A DNA stretch of 56,572 nt, the filler included, from Porpidia crustulata (taxonomy: Eukaryota), in the NCBI GenBank assembly GCA_964255105.1. It is 6 parts of 6 records of this genome, joined end to end, with 100 filler letters (N's around TTAATTAATTAA, not from the genome) between each part and the next. Parts side by side here need not be neighbours in the genome. Positions count along the whole stretch, not along the records: positions 18,944 to 28,294 come from CAXUWE010000954.1; positions 28,395 to 37,733 come from CAXUWE010000955.1; 4 more parts are not named here. The stretch is one strand, 5' to 3'. How positions within the stretch are numbered: position 1 is the first letter of the stretch; each line of letters starts with the position of its first letter. Below, in pieces: positions 25,182 through 36,673 of this stretch. The notes beneath the pieces are model-generated. The model saw only the letters and a program-made list of their open reading frames with translations, was not told where the DNA came from and made no database searches. The position numbers and the translations under genes were made by a program.

Positions 25182-25583
25182 ATGCCGAGCACCCTCTTCG
25201 TGTATCATCCCGACTGCGGTCACACACGCCAATACTCCCGCACTGACCCCCTCTGGTGCCCTTCCACAATGGGCATCCCCCGCCCCCTCTGCCTCGATTG
25301 CTCGGAAGCCCAAGAAAATGCTCTCTATGAGCGCTATCAGGAGCTGATCAAAAAGGCCGAGGAGGATGCCGCGGCTAGTATAACAGCAGGGTGTCGGGCC
25401 GGATTGGAGAATTTTCCTGGAGAGCCGTGGACAAAGGAGATGCAGGATGTTGTGAATGCCGGGACAAAGACTCTGGTTGAGACTGTTGCAGCGCTGGAGA
25501 AGGAGAGGGATGAGAAATTGAAGGCGATGAGAGAGAAGGGGGGCTATGAAATCCTATGGATGGTGGAAGACCAAGCAGTGTAG
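25182..25583 (+). CDS. Small protein (133 aa) with N-terminal CGH...C...CxxC motif and charged helical C-terminus
   Basis: MPSTLFVYHPDCGH...WCP...LCLDC...YQELIKKAEED...LEKERDEKLKAMREK. Good ATG context and an upstream TATA candidate. Confidence 0.65.
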   Translation: MPSTLFVYHPDCGHTRQYSRTDPLWCPSTMGIPRPLCLDCSEAQENALYERYQELIKKAEEDAAASITAGCRAGLENFPGEPWTKEMQDVVNAGTKTLVETVAALEKERDEKLKAMREKGGYEILWMVEDQAV

Positions 25584-26767
25584 GATATTTCGTAAATTTG
25601 CCTTCCAAATCCTGCCCGCAAGCTCTAGATAGATTTGTCCAAAGTATTTTCTTTCCTTCGAAACGTCTGTAAATTTATATTAGGATAGAAAGGAGTTGAG
25701 TCTTGCACCAACAAACCATATTGCTAAAACGCGTTCAAAGTTTCAGCACTAACTTGTGTCGGCAAATGTACCCTATCAGTCCCATCTTTGCATTGCCGGT
25801 CCTTACAAACGACTTGCAATGATCTCAATGTTGCAGACACTTCACATGTCTTTTGTGATACTGTGCGCAGAGCTTGTACACGCAAAAGGCGCCAATAACC
25901 CAATTCAGGAAGTTTCGTGTACCTTCATACTCAAATCCAATCGTCTCCCCAATCTAACGATGCACACTCTAATTTTCAGGCGGTGGGAGCCCCACACAAA
26001 AGGGCCACGCATTGTAGGAGAGTAAGAGAGAAAACGAGAGCTTTCACAATGGCTTTGTTCATAAGATTTAACGAAGCAGATCCCCAATCATCTCAAGCCT
26101 TCAACAACGACCGAAGCATAACTGGGGTAGAAAGGCATCGTCTGGCACTGCTCCAGACTCCCAAAGCCCGATTCTTCGCTCAGGAACCATTCAATCCTAC
26201 ATGCATCGCAAACTGTCAGCGACTGAGAAATGCTAGCCACCGACTACAGACCCCGATTTGTCACCGACTCCATGGGACTTCGCTGAATGGCAAGCCCCGT
26301 TCGAACTTTGCAAATGGGTCGCCTGCCCTTTGAACAGCTTTAATATTCCACACCGGGTCGGCCGGTATCTTCACGATGGCGAAAGTACGATGAGCTGGGA
26401 TCAAACTCTAGGGACGTGTAACCCGCCGCCGGTGATTTGGGACGCGTTGATGCGAGTTAGGGCGAAGAATTTGCGATCTCATGATTTGGTCAACGTGATG
26501 GGCCTTGTATGTCACCATATTAAGATGGGAGCGGATGAGTACTAGAATACCAGGCAGTGAAAGCCTAACAGGTGGCGACAGGGAGCTATCCGAAGGGGGT
26601 TAGCGCTATCTCAGCTGCTTCCATCAACAAACTCATCATTTCTTTTCTCCATCAAACCTCAACTGTCTTGCTCAGTCAATGGAACTACATTCAACTTGCA
26701 AGGATCGCATGCAAGAACGGCATAGTATGGAAGTGTCCATCTCAGTACCACCGTGCCAGTAGTACAT

Positions 26768-27300
26768 CGATACATTTTCCAGCATGTAAATTTAGGGTCA
26801 AGGCTTTCGGACTGAAAAACGAAGCATATATCAAAGTCAAGATCTGGGCTTGATTGCTGCTTACGGTTTTGTCAAATTTTACTGACCTTGATGGTCTAAC
26901 ATAAGGATCAGTGGACAGAGTTCAGGACAGTGGGCTTTCGGTTTCACATACGAAGCATTCCTCTAGTCAAGATCATCGCTTGATTTCTGCTTATGGTATC
27001 GTGAACTCTTACTAGCCTGTGCTGCTTGAATCGAAGACCTGTTTTTGTGTTGAAACTTCCAATACAGCTTGAACGTTCTCCAATGTACTAGAATAAGGAC
27101 TCAGACTGTTCGGTTTCACGCGAGAAGTAGATTTCAAAGTCAAGATCAACGCTCAACTGATACTTCAGTCATCGTGAAGTCTTACTAATGTCAATGACCT
27201 GATTCAAATATGAGACTCGAGTCTAGAAAATGTCTTGCGAAGATCTTGGATCAAGTTTCTTTCTGAGAATTGACAGATGGCTTTCAAAGTCAAAACGCAA
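26768..27300. repeat. Degenerate non-coding direct repeat array (~84-bp core, 3 copies plus a partial fourth)
   Basis: Cores at 26802-26885, 26933-27015 and 27105-27188 share TTCGG..GAAG..AGTCAAGATC..GCT..TTACT. Partial TTTCAAAGTCAA at 27282-27293. Confidence 0.8.
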
Positions 27301-27615
27301 TAATGTTTTATAATATATGGGCTCTTAAGAACATCGTATTCCAAGGAAAATATTGTTTGTGAACATTGTCGTTTCTAGGATTTGGACAGTTCAACAAGTG
27401 TATAACTGTCTTTGTGTTAAACATCACAATACTGTGACAAAGACACAACAATGAGTATGTTTTCGAACAAGGAGGATCTGTTCAGTCTGTCCACCTTATG
27501 AATCGCACTGTCGGACATCAAGTTTCATCACCCTCTACTAAGAACCTTTGCATCCCGGACACCTGCTTCTTCACAGATCAGCCCAGCCGCAGAGAACCAT
27601 CTCGAATCAACCAAG

Positions 27616-28294
27616 ATGTCAATCTTCATCGCGAACCTCGGCTTCCGATTGAGCCTCGAGTTCTTGTTCGCTGTCGAAAACGACATCCTTGCCAGACGAC
27701 TCTCTCGCGACTATCCAATATCTCCAAGATCTCCGACTCACGACAGAGCTACACGCTCCCAAGCTACACTTGCGCATCTCGCCGCAATAATTGGCCAAGA
27801 CAATCCGCAAGTGACGAGGAATCCAGATCCACTATCACTCGATACTCATGTGCCCAAGAACGCGCACGACCTTGACGAATTCCGATGGAATGCCTTAGAA
27901 GCGCCTCAGCTTCTAGCATCTACTGAGAGTCTCGCACCACAGCCAAACGGTGTCATTTCGTCCACCCGATGCCACACCGTCGGCGTCGAACTCCTTAGTC
28001 CCACCTTCAGCTTCGCCGAACACCAGCACGCCCTTCGAACAATCCGCCGCATCCTCGCCAGACTAATACCATACCAATATCGCACATTCTCGAGGTCTGC
28101 AAACTACAACGATCAAGCACCACGCCACACGGCGTGGACAACCCCTCGCTGCAGCTTCCGCATCCAATTCTCCCCCCTCGGGCACACCCCACACTTCCAC
28201 CTCCAAACCCTCCAGAACCTCATCGCCATCTGGGCCCTCACCGAATCCGAAATCGCAAAGCTCCAACCTCCCCACCACCGAAGCCCTCAAAACC
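27616..28294 (+). CDS. Amidoligase_2 (COOH-NH2 ligase)-like protein, divergent, 3' end truncated
   Basis: FRLSLEFL (cf. FGVELEF), GVELLSP, IRRILARL, TPRCSFRIQ (cf. SCGLHVH) and FHLQTLQNL..ESEIAKLQP..R occur in the family's motif order. Confidence 0.6.
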
Positions 28295-28394
28295 NNNNNN
28301 NNNNNNNNNNNNNNNNNNNNNNNNNNNNNNNNNNNNNNTTAATTAATTAANNNNNNNNNNNNNNNNNNNNNNNNNNNNNNNNNNNNNNNNNNNN
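28295..28394. other. Artificial contig linker
   Basis: N44-TTAATTAATTAA-N44. Confidence 0.99.
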
Positions 28395-28433
28395 TCAGGT
28401 GATCTTACTAGCGTAAGCACCCCGAACACCTAG
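28395..28433 (+). mobile_element. Possible Helitron 3' terminus
   Basis: Hairpin GGTG(AT)CTTAC-TAGC-GTAAG-CACC about 8 nt upstream of CTAG (28430-28433), followed by T, at a contig edge. Confidence 0.3.
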
Positions 28434-30271
28434 TCGTAGGACCTAGATGTTCTCTTTTCAACATTTATTAATGTTTTAATTATTTTTAAACTTTTAATTT
28501 AAAACTTTTTCGAACATTTTCTTCGTCGAGTTTGTTAATACTCGATAGAATTATCTATAACTTTTTAATGATGTGATGAAATAGAAAAGATAATATGATG
28601 TGCAATGAGAAAGATGATAAAGAGAACAAGAAAGAGAAAAGAGAAAGAAAATAACGAGGATGAAGATAATATAAAAAATTGAAGCGAAAGTGAACTGTGA
28701 TATCTGCGTGCGTGTGCGTAAATGTAAATGTACCTTATCTTCACACTTCGGCGGATCCGTAAACATTGAGTTTGCTCTCCGTGATTTTGTTTTATTTCGT
28801 TTTGGATATCCTGCGCGCGCGTCATCTCTCTATCTAGATTATCTATCTATCTAACAACAAGCCATTTTTCTTCGAAGATAACCCGATTTCGAAAAACTGA
28901 CGTCCAACACCGGGTCTCGTGGGGGGAGAAGCATCGCGGCTTGTGCACGTCTACTGGCATCTCCCCGTGGGATTACGGAGCCATTGCGTTGCTTGCCCCG
29001 GCCCCAAATCTCGAAGCTCGAGGCCCCTCGCAGTTGTGACCTCAAGTCCTAAACCACAATTACTACCTTCAGTCTCCGTCACCGTCCCAACAAGCGGCCA
29101 TCGTGTCACTGCGACCAGAAAAGCAATGTTTGAAAGGGGTTCCGCCCCACTGTTGCGCCCTTGAGATCTCGATGGGTAGTGGTGACTTAAGGACTCCAAA
29201 ACTGGCCTTTAGGAATCCTAGGTTCGAGACTCCGCAGCCGGGTGCACAGCTTTGAGGCGCGACTGGCTGGCTATCTCTTCTTGGCTGATTACCGGGTCCT
29301 TCGTAGTACGTCTTCGTTCCGTGGACTACTCATCATCTTCTGAACTCATTTCAATGGACTCCCTGCGTCTCAAACTTCATAGCTGATCCGTGGCGTAAAA
29401 GGCCGACTTTCTGCATTGCAACAACTAAGCGATTGAAAATCTGGATTGCAAGTCGAAAGGCGTGGAACTGGTTGTCAGCGATGTCGGTAGATCATCGAAG
29501 CTACAACGAAAAGGATATATGTTCAGCCTTTCATTCGCAGCTGACGTCCAAACTCGCTACTGTCTTGTTCAACTGGTGCTAAATTTGCTACTGTTGCTGC
29601 TAATCCTTCCTCTCCTCTCCAAACCGGGTGTCCGTTGCAGAGAGGTCTGAGCGGATTAGAAAATGGCTGACCACGTTTTTCTTGTACATGTTGACAACTT
29701 TTCACCGTTCGCGAGACAATGTTTTGTTTCCAGAGTATTTGCGAAATCGACCCAAGGTACAGGATACAGTGAAGAATTTCCTCCAAAGCTCAGCCTAGAC
29801 CGTTGGCTATCATTCCTTCAACCAACGATAGACTCATCGCAACTTCCTGAGGTAGAATACTCAATCAGCTCTGTGGTCTAGTGTATAGGCGCACGAAATG
29901 GCTTAGTTTGTGAGGCTGGACGGCTAGGTACGCCGCATATGTGAAGAATTCAAGGTTCAAGGAGCTTACATGTTTGATCGTGGTAGAGAGAGGTAGAAAG
30001 GTGGTAGCGAACATGTCTATTTCTCTTCGACTGACGTGAGGAGGTGATACCAAAGTATATAAAGACCTCTCTTACCATGATCTCTCTTTCCAAGAATCCA
30101 AATTCTGAGGTGGGATTTGAGATGCGAGAGCCGTTAAAGAGCATACGAGTACTGTTGCAGGAACATCCAGAAGCAGTCCAGTATCATGAGAGACGAAGTT
30201 GCAACTCCATAATCTTTAGACACTCAATAACGCATCTGTCCATTAGTCTTGTACCTTGTATCCGCCAGAAG

Positions 30272-32567
30272 CTAACCATAATAGAAATCCTTCTTCAAGG
30301 GTTCACCATAACCACCGTGGTCACCAAAGTCGAGCTCCAAATGATGTCCCCCTTCGTGTGCTTCTACCACTTTTACGAAGTTCTTAAAGACTGCCATAGA
30401 AGAGATCCCTGCGGTGGTATTCTTCAATGCGTCAGTAGGCCGGCTCTGCATAGCTAGCGCCGTGACTTCGGCCACGCTATCCCAAGCATTGATGACTATC
30501 CGCTTTTTGAATACAAGGACGATATGCACAGAAGCTAATGAGCAATAAATTATTAGCATCACGCACGAAAGAACCATCGTAGCCCCTCTCTTATTGTAGG
30601 CATAACCTTTTATGTCTACCTGGACTGTAAACTTCGACAGATGCGAGGGGTCAGGAAGACCGGATACATTGTAAATGTTACCTCCATAGCCGAACGCATG
30701 ATTTAATTTTGGCATTATATCCAGGCACCAAAGGCCACAGATCTCGTGACATTCATCATTCGGGCAGGATTTCAATTGCCCTTGTATTTTAGCTGATGAG
30801 GCCGTGAGAGAAAGGCCGCTGGTGACCATCGTGGTGAGAATTGTTTCCGCAATGGCCTTAATGTATTTAGTGTCACTAGTCCGTCCTAATTCCTGCATAC
30901 CAGCGCCCTCTACAAGTGTCTCGAATACTGTTCGACCAGTGTCTGTTATATTCGGATTGAGATACTGAGCCCATTCTGCGGTGACATTAACGGTCCTTTG
31001 GGATTTGTGGCAGTCGGTGCGGTTAAGCCAGTCAGTCGGGGTACCGGTGACAATCTTCATTGCGTTGCGCGTACTCTGCATGGTAACAGGTGACCAATGA
31101 GCGTCGACGGCGCATGTGAGAAGATTCGGACCATTGGGCCAAGACGGTGGAAGTATGATCAGAGCACCGATAGTGTTGTTCCCAAATAATTCGCGAGGAA
31201 GTTCCATAAATTGCAGAGCCGGGAAATCGGCAGTTTGTTCAACATATTTAGCAATTAATTCAGACTGCTCTGGTTGTATCGAATATGGTGCACCAAGGTG
31301 TTCGTCTTGACAGCGGCTTCTAGCGATTGGAACCTCTACCGTCTTCGCCGTTTTTAACGTCTCTAGCAACTGAGGGCTATTACCGTGTACGAAACACATG
31401 GTCGCAGCCATTGGTTGGTGAACGTCGTGGAGGGAGTAGGTAACATCTTGACGGTACATAAACTTTCTAGGTTGACGAGGCGAGACGCTCGAAAGTTCGG
31501 CGGCTGCAATATTCCATAGCCGTCCAACTTCGGCGAGAGAGTCTGCCAAGCTGGACATTTGCGTTGTTGCAATTGTCTCTAGGAAAGGATAAAGTCCTGT
31601 CGTCTGTCTCGTGTACATGTGACGGACAGATTCGGGACTATTGATTTGCAGTGACTCTGGCATCGTAGCCCGGTCCGTTAGCCGAGGCCAATATACCATT
31701 AGTTGGTCAAGAGTAGATTTCCAGTCCTTAGAGATGCAAGTGGTATCAAGTGTTATGCTATTACACGAGGTTGGAATTGCTGTGGCGTCTACCGAAGATG
31801 GCCAGATGTCGTTGAAGCTTGCGTTGAGATAAAAGTCAGTTCCACCGGCTGGCCAGTCGTCAACTCGAGGGATCATTGCAATCGCGGTGCAAGGGCCAAC
31901 GCTAAGAGCCAGTATCGAGCCGACGATCAGAAGGATAATTAGTCGTAGTTTAACCAGAGGCTGGGCGAACCTTGCTCGATGGACGCCGAAAAATTCCTTT
32001 GAGAAAAGGTAAGAGAGTTGGTTGAATTGAAGACTTCCAAAAATCGCACCGAATGGTATGCCTTCCCCAGCAACCAGCTCCTGTTGAATAAGTGTAACAA
32101 CAATGACACTGAGTGAGCTCAGCATAGTAAGTTCATGTAGTTTGGCAGCAAATAAAAGACCAGAGGTCTTGATCTGACTGAGACCAACAGGCCCGGCGAG
32201 CTCGCCTCCTATATAATAGCCGTTGAAATTCAAGACAACCACCGTGACGGCAGCGGCAACTGGCAGCGAGTGTGCCACGACAAGGCCGAATATAGCGAAG
32301 GGCAAGCTCCTGTACACTGCTTGTTTTGGCTCTTCGACCTTAAGCTGGCGGTATAAATCAAGCAACGAGCCCAGGTGTAATTTTCGGGAGCACCGATCGA
32401 GCACTTGGATGTATTTTGGAGGAGGAGGAACGTCATGGTCCAGCCTGTTCTTGTCCTGGTCTCTGATTCTAAAAGACTCTGTTAGTTATACTCTACTGAC
32501 TGTAGGATTTGGTATTGGATTGGATTCGATCGCAGTCCGTACCTCGAAGAAGCACGCGATGACTCAT
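30272..32567 (-). CDS. Uncharacterised fungal integral membrane protein (N-terminal TM helices, large luminal region, C-terminal TM)
   Basis: 710-aa open frame 32404-30272 with EEPKQAVYRS, HSLPVAAAVTVVVLNFNGYYIG, FAAKLHELTMLSSL, GIPFGA and WDSVAEVTALAMQS. The start is uncertain: a short first exon (ATG 32567, GTACGG donor) can be spliced in frame. Confidence 0.8.
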
Positions 32568-35259
32568 ACGGAAGTAGTTCTGTATAGCTTTCAGATCGCG
32601 CTCTGAGCTTACTGTTGCGCTGCGTAGCTAGGTAACTGGACATCTGGAACGCTGTGTTTGATTGTAGAGCTCATGAGTGTATTTGGACAGCAATGAAAAT
32701 AGTCGATAAACGAGGCACTCCACCAGAAGTTACTCTACATCAACGTAAGAGAATTGAGCGTGCCTCGACGCAATAGATAGAACGAGAAGATTTGCATGGG
32801 GGCTCAGCCAGGAGCCTGTGCCACAAGTTGTATTCAAATACGGACTACATCGGCACCATGTTGTCTGCGAGACGTCGACTTGAAAGCGCTTATCGTGTCA
32901 GGGTGTTCGGGGACATTTCGAGTCTGTTCCTATTGGTGGTAATTGTGTAGTCCAGAAGCTTGCCAATCAATCCCTGACGCTCGCAGGACGTGGAAACATG
33001 CACCTTTCTGTGGCACATCACACCAAGCACATGGGGACGAAACATACAAAAATAGTGTGGCTTTACGCCGAGAGATGCAACTGGTATTAGACGATGTGTT
33101 CAAGGGTGGTGGACGTAGAAACAAATACATCTTCAAGCACGCAGCAAGCGTAACACTCGGAAAGTAATAGGGGGCGGACCATGTTGATAACTTTCATTGG
33201 AGTCCTCTGGTGCAGTGTCCCGTGCGGAACAATGTAGTTGTCCATTGTGTAGATGTTGGCTAGCCAAGCAGATCGTCCGCGCCCAGGGTCTGAAAGATTC
33301 CTCACTTCTTCTGTCCAGTGATCAGAGTCTCGATCCTCGTATGTATTTCCAGTACGGGCACCCACCTCTGAGCTAATCCATACTGTAGGGGTTGTGCATT
33401 AGTGGCCATCAAAGACGGCAAGCTTCCCCTCGACGAATCCTGACTTGGCGTCAATGTGATTGTTATAGCGCCACTGGCGTCAGTTCAAAGCCTCGCGAGC
33501 TCTATTACATGATCTCAAACAGGACCGAGTCTGTGTGCCTCACATGTGTTCGCATGGAGTAAGCTATGCGGCTATCAACATGGCAGTGGCTTAGTGTATA
33601 ATGTTTATCGAATCCTGTTGATCTAGGTAGGTACCTGACGCCTAGATCCACGAGGCTCCCAAACCGGGACAGTCATATCTCGTCAGCTGCTTCCAATTTC
33701 GCGCACGGTAAGCTGCCTCACGTATCACTAAGTGGTCCTCCGTCCAATTTTCACAGAGCTCGGCTTCTTGCTCCGCGGGCTGAATGAAGAAGAATTCTAC
33801 AACCGTTCCATAGGTCTAGGAACCATCCCGACTCCCGAAGTAGTCTGTATTCCGACCGTGGACGCCGAGCGGTAATTACTTTAGTTGGCGGACGATATTT
33901 CGCTCCCGTTAATTAGCTCGCCTATTCGAGTTTGATCTGATGCCTTACGATCTGCACAAGCTAGCCATGGATGCTAAAATCGTCTCCGTGTGCTCTCTCC
34001 TGTTCTTGGTTAGCAGAAGAATTTCACTCTGTCACTACCCATGCGTGCCATGTCAACACATGAGCAAGTCGTTAATTCGGATGCGAACTTTCATGAAGTT
34101 GAGCGCTCTAAAAGGTTATTTAGCTCGAATTGCGTGTTTCAATGTTCGACATGTCGTTCCGCGTCTAAAGTAAGAAAATAAAGATAATCAGATCTCGATT
34201 TTTGGAATCGGGGAAACCGCGGAAATGGGGGGTATTTAGTAAGCAATTATCGAATAAATTGCTAATTCAGAACATGGTTCCTGACCCCAACCATCACATC
34301 ACCCCTCCGTTTATCCTCACAAGTTTCAGCCTGTCAAGCATGTCAAATGAAAAAATATACTGTGGGCTATTTAAAGCACCGCGAAGATTGTATCGTCGAA
34401 TGACTAGGCATACGCGATCCTGATGAGGAGTTTTACAATTACCGTATATTGATCCAATTCCTAAAATTAATGAGGAATAAACAAATCTGACTGGACTCGT
34501 TGTACCAAATTTGGGGGTTCCCACACCAATACCGGTTTCCCGTAGTTTACCCGATTTTGAATTTCCCGATTTGCGGGAACCAAATAGTAAGGTAGTCTGT
34601 GCACCAGTGGAACGCGTGACGTGAACTCGAGATGGCATAACGTTGGATTGTTCTTGCATTCGATCGTGAAATGATACGTTCATTTCATTGCCCTGTGCAT
34701 ATGTAGAAAGTCGTGGCAGGAATAATGGTTGAGCATTACTGCTGATCGGCTAGCGATGACTGTATTCCTCCACAGCCCGCAGTGTCACGACCAAACCTCC
34801 CCTCAATTGCGTCCCTAACATGCTTGAAGCTTGCACCCGCAACCTCGCATTTTCGCTTCCGAATTTAATTGTTCGGACGAAAACCTACCACCTCGAATTT
34901 CTTTCATGCACAGTGTGTATTCAAGTATAATGATAAATTTCTAGAAGTTCATACCTCTGGTAATCGCCAATTAATCGATCTGTTTCCCGAGGTATGGATA
35001 TATAGAAAGCGACATGTTCCGTTACTGACCATCGACTTTTTTTGTATCGAGAGCAACAGCCAACAGGCACCTTCGGAAGTGATGAAAATGTCCGATCCAA
35101 TCATGGAGCGAAACAGCTCAAGCCCCCGTCATCAGTCTAAGCGCTTCAGCCAGCCGTGTGACAGGGAGCGGCGAGTTTATGATTTGGCGCTACAGAAAGG
35201 TAGGCTGAAATCCTACACCCCTGAAGACATCGAAACAATCTTGATAGAAAATCATTCGG

Positions 35260-36673
35260 ATGATTATGTACAAAAGTTCTCAAACGCGTGTCGATATAGG
35301 AGGGAATATATTCTCATTGGCTATGCTGCTGTCGTCTTTCCGTCGGCCACGACGCATATACCGGAGCTGGCTTCGGACGATTGCTTTTCTTTCATGTACA
35401 GCCCTGGCCATCGACTTCATCCTCAACGTTGCCATCATCCCTCCATCGAGGAGGACTTCGGTGGCTTCCACGCTCCTGGAAGAGAAGGATTTGCCGCGAA
35501 GAGAACGCGTATATATTGCTAGCATGCATTGGAATAATGAAAACATAATTCGTTCTCGCTGGAGCGCTGCTGTGTTGGATCTAGTGGCCTACTTTGGTGC
35601 TGACAACGTTTACGTGTCTATCATCGAAAGTGGTAGTTGGGATGATACCAAAGGCGCTTTGCGAGATCTGGATGCGGAATTAGAAAAAGTGGGAGTAGAA
35701 AGAAACATTGAGATGTTTGACAGAACACATGAGGATGAAATCCAGCGGATACCAGAAGCACACGAGGAGGGTTGGATTTGGACGAGCAGAGGAAGAAAGG
35801 AGTTACGGCGAATACCATTCCTCGCTGGTATTCGGAACCAGGTGATGGCTGAGTTGAAGCAACTTGCCGAGAGAACAAATGGAAAAGGAAGGCGGTCTTT
35901 CGATAAGATATTGTGGCTAAATGATGTTATCTTCACGGCATGCATTGCTTCTTTTCCCTAGCGTTCGACATACCTTAGCACATAACACTAACACGAGGCA
36001 TTGCTAGACTGAAGATGTAGTCACCTTGATGGCAACAAGAGATGGCGATTACGCTGCTGCTTGTTCCCTCGACTTCTCGAAACCTCCTCTGTACTATGAT
36101 ACCTTTGCACTTCGTGACATATCAGGTGCAAAAGCAGTCACCCAGACATGGCCCTTCTTTCTTGCTGCCGAATCACGGAACGCTTTGATGTCGAACTGTC
36201 CGGTACCGGTAAAATCCTGTTGGAACGGAATCGTTGTATTCCAGGCCGCCCCGTTTTATAGAACTCCACCAAAACGTTTTCGTGGAACCCCGGATAGCCT
36301 TGCAAGTCATCACCTAGAAGCCTCCGAATGCTGTCTTATCCACGTGGATAATGAGCTGAGTGAGACCAACGGCGTTTGGCTCAACCCAAACGTAAGGGTA
36401 TCATACAATCCCGAGGCAGACAAAATCGTCCGTCCAGTAACGGATGCCTGGCCAAGTAGAAGCGAGCGGATAAGTGGGATCTGGAGCAACAGGTGGGCTC
36501 GATGGACTGGCTTTCCAAGGAGATATGTGGAACAATATGTTGTAGAAAAGAGATTACAAACGTGGCAAAGTCAAGTACAACGGAATGGCGAAGAGGCCGG
36601 TCGCGAGAATGGAACGCATTGTTTGATAAATGAGATGCAAGTTCTTGTCCATAATGGTTGGGCGCACGTATGA
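35260..36673 (+). CDS. Glycosyltransferase family 69 (CAP59/cryptococcal mannosyltransferase 1-like), 2 exons
   Basis: N-terminal TM, then VYIASMHWNNE, VYVSIIESGSWDDTKGAL, LRRIPFLAGIRN, ILWLNDVIFT|TEDVVTL, ACSLDFSKPPLYYDTFALRD, VKSCWNGIV, LEASECCLIHVDN and CLINEMQVLVHNGWAHV. Intron 35938-36007 has a GC donor. Start codon uncertain (35260, 35266 or 35323). Confidence 0.9.

Noticed and set aside
26802..27188. CRISPR-like repeat-spacer reading of the repeat array
   Set aside because: Repeats are ~84 bp and degenerate, spacing is irregular, the context is eukaryotic and there are no cas genes.
29523..30053. Collinear minus-strand ORF fragments (…RPQS*LSILPQEV…G*ALEEILHC…) suggesting a decayed gene
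   Set aside because: No family motif that I can identify with confidence. A blastx search would be needed.
32930..33460. Short ORFs on both strands with a vaguely enzyme-like look
   Set aside because: No diagnostic motif, multiple stops and no consistent splice model.
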